Assembly (NCBI RefSeq): GCF_028641065.1
Contig: NC_073388.1
Location: forward strand, 24,056,001 to 24,120,000
Direction of reading: 5' to 3'
From: Leucoraja erinacea
Taxonomy: Eukaryota
Length of the DNA: 64,000 bases
Part shown: positions 22,704-36,309 of the stretch, piece by piece
Numbering within the stretch: position 1 is the first letter of the stretch
Layout: each line of letters begins with the position of its first letter
Notes under the pieces: generated by a model
Told to the model about the DNA's origin: nothing
Databases searched by the model: none
Seen by the model: only the letters and a program-made list of their open reading frames with translations
Program-made: the position numbers and the translations under genes

Positions 22704-25699
22704 TAGATACATAGGGGAATAACGTTTAGTGCAAGGCAAAGCCAGCAAAGTCAGAATCAAGGGTCACCAATAAGGTGGATTGTCGTTCGGCACTGCTCTC
22801 CGATTGTGGTAGGATGCTACCACTGTTCTGCAGCCACTCAGAGACATACTACAACAGACAGGCAACAAGGCATCCTGGAGTAGTTCGCTGCCACAGCATC
22901 TCCTGCCTGGTCTCTTAACAAATCACTATCCCTTTTCCCAACTTCACCTTTCCCCAACTGGTGTCACATACCTCACACAGCTTGCCCCTGGTCATTCCCT
23001 CCCCCCCAACCACCACCAAAGGGGCATACCTGTTGTCAAGGGAATGGCCACAGCAAATTCCTGCACTGCTATTCCCTTTCCCAGTGGCCACCCATCTACC
23101 TCCTACCTGTAACCTTGACATGACCACCCCACTAACTCTAATGAGCAACAGTGTAGCATTCAGGGACACTGGAAGTCACCTGAATTCCTCATGCCACCAG
23201 AGAATACCACTGCCGTAGCTGCCATCTCTACTGTACTAGACAAAGGAAGATTTACAGAAGGAAAAAGCATGTTGCCATCACCCTCCTCGCCAACCTTGCA
23301 CTTACCCTCCACACAGCCTCAACCAATATGGCTGCTCCCTTAATGCCCGCTTTCCTTTTTATACACCCACTAAGTAGGAGCTGTCGCCCCGAGATGCAAC
23401 TACTTTCAGCTGCTCAACGTACTTTGGTCTCCTTCCACATTCCTCCGCACCACTAAAAACACAGAATATACTAAGAATAAAAACATTTAATTATATATTT
23501 GTAATAAATATTAAAAGGTTTGCTCTTATTGAATTTTATTGAGCTTCGGAGTAATTAGCCTGCCACATTTTTCTGATATGCAAATAAAGGATTAAAATGT
23601 AATATTTAAAAGTGGCTTTGCAAACACTCAAAAGGCTACAGTAAGCTTTTAAATACTTTGCACAAGCAAAGCTTTAAGGACTTAATGATAGAGCACATAA
23701 GACTAAACTGCATATTCTGCCGAATGTCATACCCTGACATTCAATAAGATTATGGTTGAATTCTCACATGAATTCTCACATCAACTCATTCCCATGTTCT
23801 TTGATTCACTTCAGGGCAAAAAAAAAAAATCTCTCAATTGTACTCCATCACAGCAACCACAGCCCTCTGGAGCTGTGAATTTTAAATAGTTGCATTCCAT
23901 TTAACTGAAAAATGTATTTGTCCATGTTGTAACTGGGCAGCTCATTACTGACATTATCAGCACACAGAAGAAACAGGGCATTCAACTTCTCTAGCTTTAA
24001 GAATTTAATAAATTCCAGCAAGATCAATAATAATACATTTTAAACCCCCTGAAAGAAGCTTATTCCTCACAATATTTTATCTCAGAAATCAAACTAATGA
24101 TGCTTCATTGCAGTCCTCAAAGGCTAGCTCTCATGATTGAAGACCAGAACTGCACCCGGTACGATTTGATTTAAATGCAGAAAGATCCTTTTCTAATACT
24201 CGAAGTCCCTCAAAAATCAAGACATCATTTGCCATCCTAATAAGAGGCATGGGTATTTTTCGATTTTTAGTACTATTAATTTTACCAGTCATTTTTAAAA
24301 ACTATTGTTTTAAGTTCTCCAACTTTGTTGTACTCTTGGGTTTCCTCTTTTAATTGCACTCTTTAGTATACCATTAAACAACCTTTGAACTTTTACTGAC
24401 GTAACAAGCATGTAATTTACTTCCTGCCCATTTTCTCCCCCATCCCCGGTTCAAAAAGACACCAGCCTTTGCTTTCATTATCCCTTCTCTTCTGCTTTAA
24501 TGGTTGACTTTCTGATTTACTCCCAAGGGAAGACATTCTTATTCCAACAATGAATGTAACCAAAAGAACCTGCACATCCAATACTACTTCAAGAATGGAA
24601 AGAGCTAGAATGGTTTAGATAGGTCCCAATTAGGGAAATGAAGAAAGATACTACCCACCACAACACAACTAAATATATTGCTACCAGCAGAAAAGAAGAA
24701 GAGTGCCTATAATAATGCAGCAATTAGTTCTGGCAGCAGCTCAGCTAAACCTTTGACTAACTTTTCATCCACTTAATACTTCAGGGAAACTCTGCATACT
24801 TGTTTTACCTTGCATTATTGATATACAAAGAATGCAGACATCTTTACAAAATATGAAAACTTAACGGTTTCAACAAAATAGTTCATCAAGAAATTATCTT
24901 GTAGTCCGTAGCGGAGAATGTAAACAGTCTTCCCCACTGACCCATGCAAAATAAATCAATTATTGACTGTGGATGGGTCAGGAAATGAACAAACAAAGGC
25001 TAGCAAATTAGGGCATGAGCATTGTCAGTGAATATTGTTAAAGAATAAGTAAAGCATATAAATTACCTCTGAACATACCTTGAAAGTCCCTACATGTTAC
25101 TCAAAAGTAACACCACAGAAACTTGAGGAAATTTGACCCCATAAAGAATATTCTCAGTGCATAGAATATTAATATTCTATTTAGAAATGTAAGTATTTGA
25201 TGGTGGGAAATATTTTGAGAAGTTTATGCATCTTTTAAAATTTTCCACTCTCCCCATTTTCACAGAAATGTTAAAGACTGCCCCAAAATAGCATTTTTAC
25301 AAATCTAGATTCTTTTTTCAAATAACATTGAGTAACAAGCAACAAAATTCTGTGCAAAATTTTCACTCATTCACTCTTGATGAAGTAGTTCAAATATAGT
25401 TTGTGTTTTATGTCTTCAGTTAAGCTGTAGTGGATGAGAAAGAATGAAATGGATTCCACCAGATACTAGAGGCACATGCAACTGAAAAAATCCCCGAGGC
25501 AATTACAAGCAAACTGTCTGATGCACACAAGTCGAATAATCTCCTAATGTTTAAACAATCTGCAGCAAAACATACCAAAGCCACTTACAAAAAGAAAGCA
25601 TGACAAGTCAGTAACAAACTTTAGGAAAAGCAACTGACAATACGAACACTGCCAAGTAATTATAAAATAGTTCACACACCACTGACTTGTGAAATAGAT

Positions 25700-25705
25700 T
25701 TTATT
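25700..25705 (-). promoter_or_regulatory. Candidate poly(A) signal (AATAAA) of the RagA/B gene
   Basis: tttatt on the plus strand, about 870 nt downstream of the stop codon. Confidence 0.4.
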
Positions 25706-26575
25706 AAATACCTATTAAAAAAAAAAAAACAGGAAAGGGCAGGGAATTGATGCCATTACATTGAATGCTGGGGACTGCGCAAGTGCAGCCCAGTTAGATT
25801 GGCAATATTTTCAATTATATCTGTCCTTGAAGAGGGGGAAAAAAAAGAGGAAAGTTCATCAGCTCATCCCAAACCAGCATAAAATAACTGTGGGAATACA
25901 GAGAATCCAATGATTCAACAAACAGACCACAGTTGAATTTTCACAATAACTACAACACAAAAGACATAAAAGAAACAGTGCAAACAAAATGAATGACATT
26001 TTACAAAATCACAAACCTTTTTGAAAATGTGAATTGGAGAAAGTAATTATGCTATTTGTTTCAGCACTTACATTCTATGAATACCACTGAATTGATTATC
26101 TTCATATCTCCTTAATAAATTGATATCACTTCCTTTAACATGGGAGTTTTCATCATATATACATCTAATGTGCTTAACTTCATTTTGGAGGGGTAAAGAA
26201 AAGAGCATTGGTTAGATTGTCAGGTCTGAAAGAAAAAGACAAGGCATATTTTGCATGCAGAATTGAAAGACAGATTTTGAAATTATATAAACCCCAGAGC
26301 ACTTTTCAAAAAGTTGCCGATCCTGCCTGAAGTGTCAATAAGATGGGACCAGGTGACGCTGTATCATGTGAGAGTATTGAAGCAGTGTCTGGAATGAACA
26401 GGGACTGTTGCATTCAGGAAACAAGACAAATTACATGGCAAGGTGTTCAAGGTCACAAAAAATGTGACAACTGCAGCAAATTACTCAAAAACAGACACGA
26501 TATAAAGAATTATATCAGGAAATATCAAGTTGTCGTACACCCATTTGATATCTTGTCCATAATAAAGCCGCCCAT

Positions 26576-26673
26576 TCAACGAACCAAAAGGCTGTGTTTA
26601 GGACCATCAACTCTCTCCAGCTTCTCAAAGTGTTTCCGGGCATTACGAATATTGATGAGTGTAGCTGCTGAAG
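26576..26673 (-). CDS. RRAGA: Ras-related GTP-binding protein A/B, exon 9 (last)
   Basis: (P)[31 protein letters not shown]; AG 26675-74; TGA 26578-76. Confidence 0.95.
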
Positions 26674-28039
26674 CTAAAGGGGTTTAGGAAAAAGCAGAAT
26701 TAATTCAAAATGAGAAACCGTCCCCCAAAAAAATCCACTAAAATAAATAAATCCACTTCCTGCAGTCTTTTTTTTTTTACTGTTTTGCAGAATTTGTATA
26801 CCTTATGGATATAGTGTATAATTTGTTTTTATGTGTTATCTCCGTCTATGTGCTTGTTTTGGTGTACAAGCAAGATTTTCAGTATACTTGTATCTCACCA
26901 GACTTGTGCACATGACAATAAACACACCAAACTGACTTGAGAAACATGCAATCATTGAAATCAGAAGCAGAAGTGAAAGCAGGAAGAGGCCATGTCCTTC
27001 TTTGGTCCCAAATCAGCACACTCCCAATTTCAGTCTTGCTATCACAGCAATTCCCAATGGAAACAGGGAGGGCTTTATTACCCAAGACTATTTCTACCCA
27101 CTATCAATCATTTTGAGAACAACATTTGTAAAGTGACAGAAAGAGAAAAGGTAGGTACTCATAAAATCATTAAACTATATCATGAATATATAAACAAGAA
27201 AGGAAATATGTAGATGTAAAAAACATAGAGATGGAATGTGCCCACCAAAATAAAAAAGATATAAAAAAGGCAAGATATCAAGAAATGAAAAGTTCATTCT
27301 ATAGTTTCTGAAGAAGGGTTTTGAAATAGGTTCATGAAAGATGAAGGGTTTCTGAAGAAGGGTTGTGGCCCCAAAAGATACATTTGTCCCACCTATTCGT
27401 CCTTCGCTCCATGGATTATTGCTGCTGCACCCGCTGAGTTTTCTCAGCTTCAAAAGCAAGAGCATTTTTGTGATACAACGGTGATTGGCCCTCATGAAAG
27501 ATACATTTGTCCCATTAATAATGCTCGTCCCATAAAGAATTGATGGATTATTGCAGCAATAATTTTGAACTACTCTTATGCACAATTTTCTCAGCTTCAA
27601 AAGCAAGAAGTCCATAGTGAACTTCTACCGCTTTCGAGTACCAACTGCAACAGTATGGTATTGGTCCGACCAAAGCAATTAACTTTTTCACCGTGCCATT
27701 GTAAAGCAAGTTTTTCAGCATCGCCAACTTTGAGGACTTTTACCCTCCTACCATCCGTTACAGGTGAAAAAGGGGAAAGATCATGGCGGGGTCATGACCT
27801 CGGTGACTAAGAATAATTATTTTTTTTATTCAAATCGTTTGCTATGTCGCTCTTCAAGGGAGATGCTAAATGCATTTCGTGAGTACACTGACAGGACATT
27901 AAAAAAAATAAAAAAAAAATTAACTTCTTGTTTTTAATGTTTAATATTAGTGGATTAAATTTAGATTAGAATGATAAGCACATCGTGAGCATGAAGGCAT
28001 AAAAAAAAAAAAAATTACTGTTTCAATATTAGCGGATTA

Positions 28040-28360
28040 AATTTAGAATAGAGATAAACATGGAATAGTGTTCTTCGGCTTACCCGAGTCCCCTCTGACC
28101 TTCGATCATGCATTCACACTAGCTCTATATTACACCACTTTCTCATCTACTCTCTATGCACTAGGGGCAATTTACAGTGTCTATTTACAATTCAGTAAAT
28201 TAACCTACAAATTTGCACATCCTTGGGATGGAGAGGAAGCTAGAGCACCTGAAGTAAACCCCTGCAGTCGCAAGGTGAACATGCAAACTCCGCACAGATA
28301 GCATCCGAGGTCAGGATCGAATCCAGGCAGCAACTGTACCAGTAGTGCTATTGTGCTGCC
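28040..28360 (-). mobile_element. HE1-like V-SINE, diverged
   Basis: Similar to 59953-60205; tRNA-derived head (aggatcgaa..c) and CR1-like tail. Confidence 0.65.
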
Positions 28361-28817
28361 CAGTTATCCACATATTAGCCCATTTTAAATAAATGAGATG
28401 CCAACATTTATACCCTTTTGGAAGTTGCACCTTTACCCCTGCTCTTTTGGTAACCAATACAAAACTATCCATAGAACCTCAGGACAATAAAACCTCTCTA
28501 CCATGAAGCTAAATCTCCCTTTTTCGTAGTCATTTAATTTCACTCCATTCTTCTGATACCATCACTAAAATTTGCCAGTTCCACTTCAAGAATATCAATT
28601 TATGACATTAAAAACTTGATTTAATTATCTCAGTGATGAAATACGTGGCAAGTAAACCTGGGTATCAGCAAAAATATTCATAGTAAACATTTATTGCCTT
28701 GGTGTCACATCATTTAGATCTGAATAGTAGATAGTAACGTCAAAATGTTCACTAAATATCAAAGGACTAAATTATCAGCATAATATTATAAATGGAGAAA
28801 GAGTTCTGGTTACTTAC

Positions 28818-28933
28818 GTATGGATGGATCTGACATGATTACCATCACATATGTGTTGGATGTGAAGACATCAATAAATGCTGCAAAATTGGAGTTCCTA
28901 ACTTCCATACTTTGGAAAGACGCTGCCAGTTTA
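28818..28933 (-). CDS. RRAGA: RagA/B exon 8
   Basis: (S)[38 protein letters not shown]; 116 nt; canonical AG/GT. Confidence 0.95.
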
Positions 28934-29362
28934 CTATAGAGAGAGCAATAGGAAAAACATTCAATTGTGCAAAACCAATAATAACTATAAAGTTTACCAA
29001 TTTTTGTGTCAGTAGAATCCTCAACAAAGTCCAAAAGAAGCAATGTCTGACAGTCAGTTCCAAATACAAACTAGACCAGCTTTATGGTAACACCATAGTT
29101 AAATCATATATCTTACAAATATCTTAAATTTCAAAAAGCATAAATTGGGAGATTCCTAAAGTTAATCTGGCAGATGCTGACAACAACAAAACTATTACCA
29201 ATGGGGTTAGAAATCTGACATAATGTGGCAGAGCAGGTTTCTGAGGTTTACCGCACCAAAGACACACCTTATTGAAGAATGTTCCCAACTGAAGCAAACT
29301 GTTTTTTCTTGCACATGCTCTCATTTTGATAAGCATAAACATTTAGTTCCTTAAATATTTAC

Positions 29363-29454
29363 CTGCAGCTTAGTTTGAATTGCTTAATAATGTTGCTGAT
29401 TTTTTCAAATCTATGTGCATCCCTCTGTTCTTTACATTGATAGTGAGAAATCAC
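29363..29454 (-). CDS. RRAGA: RagA/B exon 7
   Basis: [30 protein letters not shown]; 92 nt. Confidence 0.95.
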
Positions 29455-29689
29455 CTGAAAAATGAGAAAATAAGTCACTAAGAAACATTCACTGTCAAAG
29501 GACAAAGAGGTTTTATTTTAAAATATTCGATTGAAAAATCATTGTGTCAACTATATCAACAGTTTGAAGGTAGGAAACAGGGTTGTGGTATTGTGTTAAC
29601 TCAAATTTTTTTGAGAAGGGATTGTTCACTCTAGCCACGTCTTGACTTGTTCCACATACCTGCCATCCTCTGGAAATGTTCTCCCAATA

Positions 29690-30520
29690 GGTCCCTTTTC
29701 CTTTTCTCCAAAGATGCTTCCTGTCCCGCTGAGTTACTCCAGCTTTGTGTCTATCTTGTGGTGTTGGGTTGCTTTTCAGGCTGGATGCTTGCAACGTGAT
29801 GTAACCCAAGGATCAGTGCTGGGTCCACTGTTGCTCGTTGTTTATATTAATGATTGGTATGTAAATGCAAGCGTCATGGTTATGAAGTTTGTATATGACA
29901 CTAACATTTGTTGGATAATGGATGGTGAGAAAGATTATAACAGTATTTTAATCAATTTGTCCAATGGACCAATGAATGGCAGGAATTGTTTAATACATGC
30001 GAGATATTGCATTTTGCATTGTCGGACACACCAGGGAAAGACGTACAGGAAATCTTAGGGTCCTAGATAGTTAAAGAGCAGAGAGGTCTAGAGGTGCAGG
30101 TACGTAGTTCCATGAAGATAAGGACAAGGTGAAGATGACAAGGTTTGGCATGCTCGTCTTCAATCAGTTGGAACGTCATATTAAAGCTGTATAATTTGTT
30201 GGTACGCCCACTTTTCGAATGTGGTGTACAATTCTGGTTGCATTGCCTAGGATGGACGTCAATATATTGGAAGGGATGCAAAATAAATGAGGATGTTAAG
30301 AGGCCCAAAGGCTTCGCATAAGGAGGCTAGATAAGCTGGACCTTTTTTTCCCTGGAGCCTTAGAGATAGGAAAAAGCACAAGGACATAGATACGGTGAAC
30401 AGCCACAGTATTTTCCCCAGGATAGGGTAGTAAAAAACTGGAGAGCATAGGTTTAAGGCGAGATGGGAAACATCTAAAAGGGACCTGTAGGGAAAATACG
30501 TATGTGGAACAAATCATGAC
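29690..30520 (+). mobile_element. Penelope-repeat fragment (29690-29755) and decayed CR1 RT
   Basis: gctgagttactccagc; VTQGSVLGPLL..VYIND. Confidence 0.65.
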
Positions 30521-31254
30521 GTGGCCAGAGTCAACAATCCATTCGTAAAAATTGTTGAGATAGCTTAACCAATTTCTATTCTGACTGTCCCTTGTTATGT
30601 CTCACATTGTACACTGTACATGCAGTTCTGGCAGAAACACAAATTAAACAGATTTCTTCCCAAAATAATGAGTTTACACAAGTACCTCAAGTCATCTCAA
30701 CTCATAATCCAAGTGTAATCATTATCTTTCTGTAGCTCAAGTTAAACACCTGCTGAAACTTCCAGACCCAAAAATAGTAATTGCAGACAGTATTCATTGA
30801 AAATACAGAAGCTCCGACAAAAATTCTATTTTGAGAATGCAGCAATCTCCATGCTAATCTCACAACAAAGGCGCACATTCTTCAGAAATGCTAATCCTAG
30901 TGAACAATACCATCCAAACGCAGGAATCATTTAACAGCAAACCCATTTTAATCTAATTGACCATACATATTCATGAATTGTGCTTTGATATAGATCATTT
31001 AGACATTGACATTGCTTTAAATAATCAAAATTAAAATCAGGACCCGTTTGCACAAGTAGGGCAGTCAGTTAGGGGAAAAATATTTTACTGACCTAAACAG
31101 AGTTTCAATTGAATCATCACTACAAGTGCCCGAAGGGAAAGCAAGTTAACAGTTATGCATCGCACACACAGGAATAAAAAGTAATTTTACTGAAATGCAA
31201 ATGAATTTAAGCATTTGGGTTGCTGGGCTAAATATTCAAAATACTGGACTAAAT

Positions 31255-32884
31255 ATCTAATTTTTTATGGGGTAGCAAACCGGCTAGAATCCAAAAGGCG
31301 ATACTGCAGTCTCCTAAGAGTGACGGCGGTTTGGCACTTCCTGACTTTAGGCGATACTATTGGGCAGCTAACTTGCAAAAACTCCTGTACTGGATGAATG
31401 ATGATTGCGACCACCTACCGACCTGGGTACACATGGAAAAGGCGAGTTCACATCTCCCGTTGCGGTCTGTCCTATGCTCCCAACTCCCCCTTCCTATAAC
31501 ATCTGTGGGTGCAGGCCCAATTGCGTCCCTCTCGCTCAAGATATGGGGTCAACTCATGAAAAACTTTAGTTTACAAGGCCCTTCCATCTTGACCCCACTG
31601 CTTAAAAACCACATCTTTAAACCTTCAAGTACAGACCACGCATTCAAAACCTGGCATAGCAACGATATCAGTAGTATCAAAACCCTATACAAGGATGGCA
31701 TCTTTTCGTCTTTTGCGGAGCTCTCGTCCAACTATAGCCTCCCAAACTCCCACCTTTTTCGTTTTTTCCAGATTAGGGATTTTGTGAAGAAGACATTCCC
31801 CCATTTCCCAAATCGCCCCCCTGAAACCCTGACCGATACCATCTTAGCTCTAGATCCCAACCGGAAGAAATGCATCTCCGTTTTGTATAACTTGTTAGGG
31901 TCGGTTATATTGAAACCTCATACCTCATTAAAAGCTGCATGGGAGGGTGAGCTGAATACGAAACTAACAGACCAGCAATGGGACTCTGCCTTGGACTTGA
32001 CCCATTCTTCCTCCATATGTGCCCGTCATGGCCTAATCCAATGCAAAGTCCTTCACAAAGTCCACTACACAAATGCAAGATTATCTAGAATTTACCCCAC
32101 TGTTAGGGACACCTGCAACAGATGTAATCAATCTCCTGCCAACCATAGCCATATGTTTTGGTCTTGCCCTAAGCTAGCAGCCTTTTGGAGGAGTGCTTTC
32201 GACTTGATAAGCAGAGCCTATGGCCAGACTATTCCTCAAAACCCACTGTCAGCCATTTTCAGTACCCCTCCCAACACCAACCTCTCTGTTGCGGTGAAAC
32301 GGGTTCTAGCTTTTACAACCTTGTTAGCCCGGAGACTGATCTTGCTTAACTGGAGGCTCACCTGTCCCCCGACACACACCCGCTGGATTAAGGAAGTGCT
32401 TTACAATTTAAAGCATGAAAAACTTAGGTTCTCTCTCAAAGGCTCTACCAAGACATTCCTAGATACATGGAACCCTTTCTTGGAACTTGTTAACTCTCTC
32501 AACTTGTCCCCAGACTCGTAAGAGGACTGAGTGCTCTCCACCATTGTTCTGCTCTACTGCAGCTGCTCTCCCCTTAACCCCCCCCCCCTCCCCACACATT
32601 ATTTATTTAATTACTTACTTATTTACTGTTATTAGTGACCGCCTTTTTTTTTTTTTTTTTAGTACTTTTTGTTTCGTTTATCTTACCATATTTATGTGGC
32701 TGTGTATGTATGTGAGTGTTGTTTGTCCCCGTTTGGTTCCAACCCGATTCGGGTGGGTTGAAGGTGGGTTAGGGTAAGGGCTTTGAGGGTCGCTTACATA
32801 CTGTTGCACAATTATGCCTTGACTGTCACTGTCTGTTATTGTATGTATGCAAATTGCTGTGAAATTCAAATAAAAAGATTTAAA
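31255..32884 (+). mobile_element. 5'-truncated L1-clade LINE in RagA/B intron 6 (antisense); ORF2 C-terminus open 31256-32521
   Basis: FLWGSKPARI...GGLALPDFRRYYWAA and the CNRC...HSHMFWSC zinc knuckle; aataaa at 32869; 19-bp TSD tcaaaata(c/t)tggactaaat at 31236-54 and 32885-903. Confidence 0.92.
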
Positions 32885-33155
32885 TCAAAATATTGGACTA
32901 AATCAGCTCAAATCCAACTTCAGCTGCTTTTCATAGTCAAGAAAGTGGCCCACAGAAACTTTTCAATTAGGCTCTCATCTTTAGAATAATCACCTAGGCA
33001 GGATGTCAAGTAGCAACCATCCCATGTGGATAGAGCCATACAGCATGAAAAAAAGCTCTTTGGCCCAACTCATCACACCGACCAATAGGCCCCATGTACA
33101 CGTCCCATCTGCCACTTGGCCAATAACCCTACCTCCTCGCAGCCCACCCCATATA

Positions 33156-33248
33156 TCTGAAGAAGGGTCTCGACCCAAAACGTCACCTATTCCTTCCCTC
33201 CATAGATGCTGCCTCACCCACTGAGTTTCTCCAGCATTTTTGTCTACG
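33156..33248 (+). mobile_element. Penelope-derived repeat with hammerhead motif (G12 to A)
   Basis: ctgaagaagggtctcgacccaaaacgtc...ctgagtttctccagcatttttgtctac. Confidence 0.8.
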
Positions 33249-33599
33249 CACCATATACCCACCACACTTTGTGTAAAATGTTACCCCTCAGTAGTAGAGC
33301 TAATAGGACTTGATGTTTCAATCCCTGTAATAAGTCGTCACTCTTGCTATTTGCAGTGGGATTGGAGTGGTGAAAGGTAGGGTAGGTACATCATCGGGGT
33401 CATCAGGTGGGCACCCTCCTTCTTTGACGTTTCATTGATAAGCCCACAACATCTCCAGAGGGCTCAACGGTGATACCTGGCGTCTCTGTAACACCCCCAT
33501 TTCCATACCCTCCCGTCTTCATCTTGCAGCCCAATTGTTGTCTCTCCTTTTGATCCAAATCCAATTGCTGCTTTTTTCTGCAGAGTTTGATAATGATTT

Positions 33600-34770
33600 G
33601 ATTGCTTGTTGGAGGGATCCTATTAAATCGTACACCTCAGCTTAAACCCATGTTCTCCAGTTGTTGCTTTTTCTACTCTGGGCAAAAAAACATTTACCCA
33701 ATATGTTCCTCTCATAATTTTGTACACCTCTATAAGTGCTCCTACAAGTCCTGCGCTCCAAGGAATAAAGTCATAGTCTGCTCAACCTCTCCTTATAGCT
33801 CAGGCCCTTGAGTCCTGGCAACATTCTTGTAAATCTCCTCAGCACACTTTCCAGCTCGACACCATCTTTCCTATAACTGTGATCAAAAGTGAACACAATA
33901 CTCTAAATGTGGCCTCGCCAATCTTATGCAGCTGTAACATGACCACCCAACTTCTATACTCTGACTGAAGACCAGTGTGCCAAAAGCATTTCTGACCACC
34001 CTACCTGTGATGCCATTTTCAAGAAACTATGCTCCAGCACTCCAAGATCTCCCTGTCATACCACTCGCCAGAGCCCTACCATTCACTGTGTAGGTTCTGC
34101 CCTTGTTAGACTATCCAAAGTGCGACACCTAACATTTCTCTGTATTAAATTCTATCAACCATTCCTCGACCCAACCAATTTAGATCCTGCTGCAATTTTT
34201 GACAACCATCTTCACCATCTACAACACCACCCACTTTCATATATCCTGCAAACTTGCTCATCGTGCCTTGTATGTTCTCATCCAAATTTTTGATATGGAT
34301 GAAAAACAGCACCAAACGATGAGGCACTCCACTAGTCCCATGACTCCAGTCCGAAAAACACTTCCATCATCACCGTTTCCTTCCAAGAAACAAATTTTCC
34401 TATGCATTCAGCTATCTTTCCTTGGATCACATGTGATTTGCTATGCAAATCAACAAAGCAGGTTTACCATGCAGAACCTTGTCAAATATTTTGCTGAAAT
34501 CTATACATATACATCTGCACCGCTGCCCTCAACCATCTTTTTGGTCACATCTTCAAAAAAATTCTGATTCGTGAGACACGACCTCCCACGTACAAAACAC
34601 TGTTGACTAACCCCGATCAGCCTTTGTCCACCTAAATGCATGAATGTCCCAAAGAATACTCTCTACTAACTTTCTGACCACAGATGTTAGGTTCACTGGC
34701 CTATAGTTCCCAGGCATTTCCTGCCAGTCTTCTGACACTTCGCATGTATTTAATGGCAACTCTTGAACAC
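33600..34770 (-). mobile_element. Decayed CR1 LINE
   Basis: PGNYRPVNLTSVVRKLVESI; SKFA...KLQQDL on the minus strand. Confidence 0.8.
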
Positions 34771-34848
34771 CTAGGGCACCTGCAATTTCCAAAATCTATA
34801 AGACAAGCATAAATCACCATCACAAGAAAATAAATTGATTGCACTTAC

Positions 34849-34971
34849 TAGGAATGTAGCCCTTTCAAACAGTAGTACCTCATCAGCTTCAATAATCTGA
34901 GCAAAGTTCCTCAGGTTGGTTTCCAGTTGTTGTACATTAGGGATCAGTTGGTACACAATGCTTGACCATGC
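34849..34971 (-). CDS. RRAGA: RagA/B exon 6
   Basis: [41 protein letters not shown]; 123 nt. Confidence 0.95.
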
Positions 34972-36140
34972 CTAAGAGAAGCAAATCTCAAAAGTATTGA
35001 AAATAGCAAAGGAAGATTTATAGAAACATCAGAAAAGCATTTGTAAAATATTACATTCACCAAAAGAAATTTTAACAGTATACAATTAAAACTTATTTAC
35101 CTTCCTGCTAGAACAGAAACTTCAAACATAAGAATATATTTTTTGGATGAAGCTATGCAGTTATGAAAGGCCCATTTTAAGAGTGTTATCCAAACTGGCG
35201 CTGTTTCAGAAGATGCTGAAATTGGCAGGATAACTGTCACCAGCATATGCCAAACCTAATCCCAACAGCCTTCCACATAGGTGCATTTCCACAGGAGATC
35301 AAGCCAAAGATAATTTCTCTTCCTAGACAGGAACTCAGGGGCAAAACATGGAACCACTCTGGTTAATTGCTAGTCTGATTTTTTTTTTTTAATGTATTAT
35401 CAGGAGATTACAATTTTCTGATGCAAACTTTCACTTCCTCTTCAATGAAACATAATTCTCATGCCTAGATTTCTTCCAAGCAGCCAAGTATTTATTTATT
35501 TATTTATTTGTTTGTTTATTTATTAAATAAACATGATTCCAGTTACATAACTGGCAAATTTTCATAATACAATGACGTCTAAACATATGGGGATGCATCC
35601 AAGATATTTTACAAGAGGTCATCTACCCAATGTTGTTTCACTATTATAGAGATGTGAACTAAACACTTAATGCAAGTATGATTCAATATTTCCAGTAGGT
35701 CAAAATGTCAGTCTTTTTTCCAAAGAGGCATGCTGCAAATTTTATGCCCTACACAGACTTTGTAACAGTCTCTTTTGCTCAATTGGTCTTGTATCTATGC
35801 ACACTTATTATTTTCCATTCCATGTGCATATTCAATTCCCTTTCACTGAATCAATTTATCTCACACATGATATAAATATAATAATGGGAAGTTGAGTAAT
35901 AAAAATCTATTTATGCTAAATTTAATTTTAACGGAACTCCATCAGATCACCTCTGAACCAGCTGTTGTTTCTAAGGCTTTGAAAATCTCATTGCATAAAA
36001 TAAAATTGACCTAAATTTCAAGAAATTCTCTGGGGGAATCACGCACAAATGGAAGATGAAAATTATAAAGAACACACATATTCATGTTTTTGCATAACCT
36101 GTCACTCAAGAGCTGCTATCATCACTTCAAACAATCTTAC

Positions 36141-36236
36141 TTTGTACAAGGTCTCATCCCAGATGGAGGTCCGAAAGCACGTGCACTCTAGAGGACGGGA
36201 CAAGCGCCGCAGATCATCTTCACGCTCCTTAAAAAT
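36141..36236 (-). CDS. RRAGA: RagA/B exon 5
   Basis: [32 protein letters not shown]; 96 nt. Confidence 0.95.
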
Positions 36237-36309
36237 CTACAAAATATATTCAAAGAAATTAACGAGGAAAAAAATGCAGTCTTTATATAGAAGTCAACCA
36301 TTAGCCCTA

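Noticed and set aside
22800-23460. C-rich segment with short ORFs, possibly a retroelement ORF1 relic
   Set aside because: Could not be assigned to any family from motifs; left uncalled.
31331-32521. 396-aa ORF as a novel nested host gene
   Set aside because: It is the L1 ORF2 C-terminus bounded by a TSD and has no true start (TTG).
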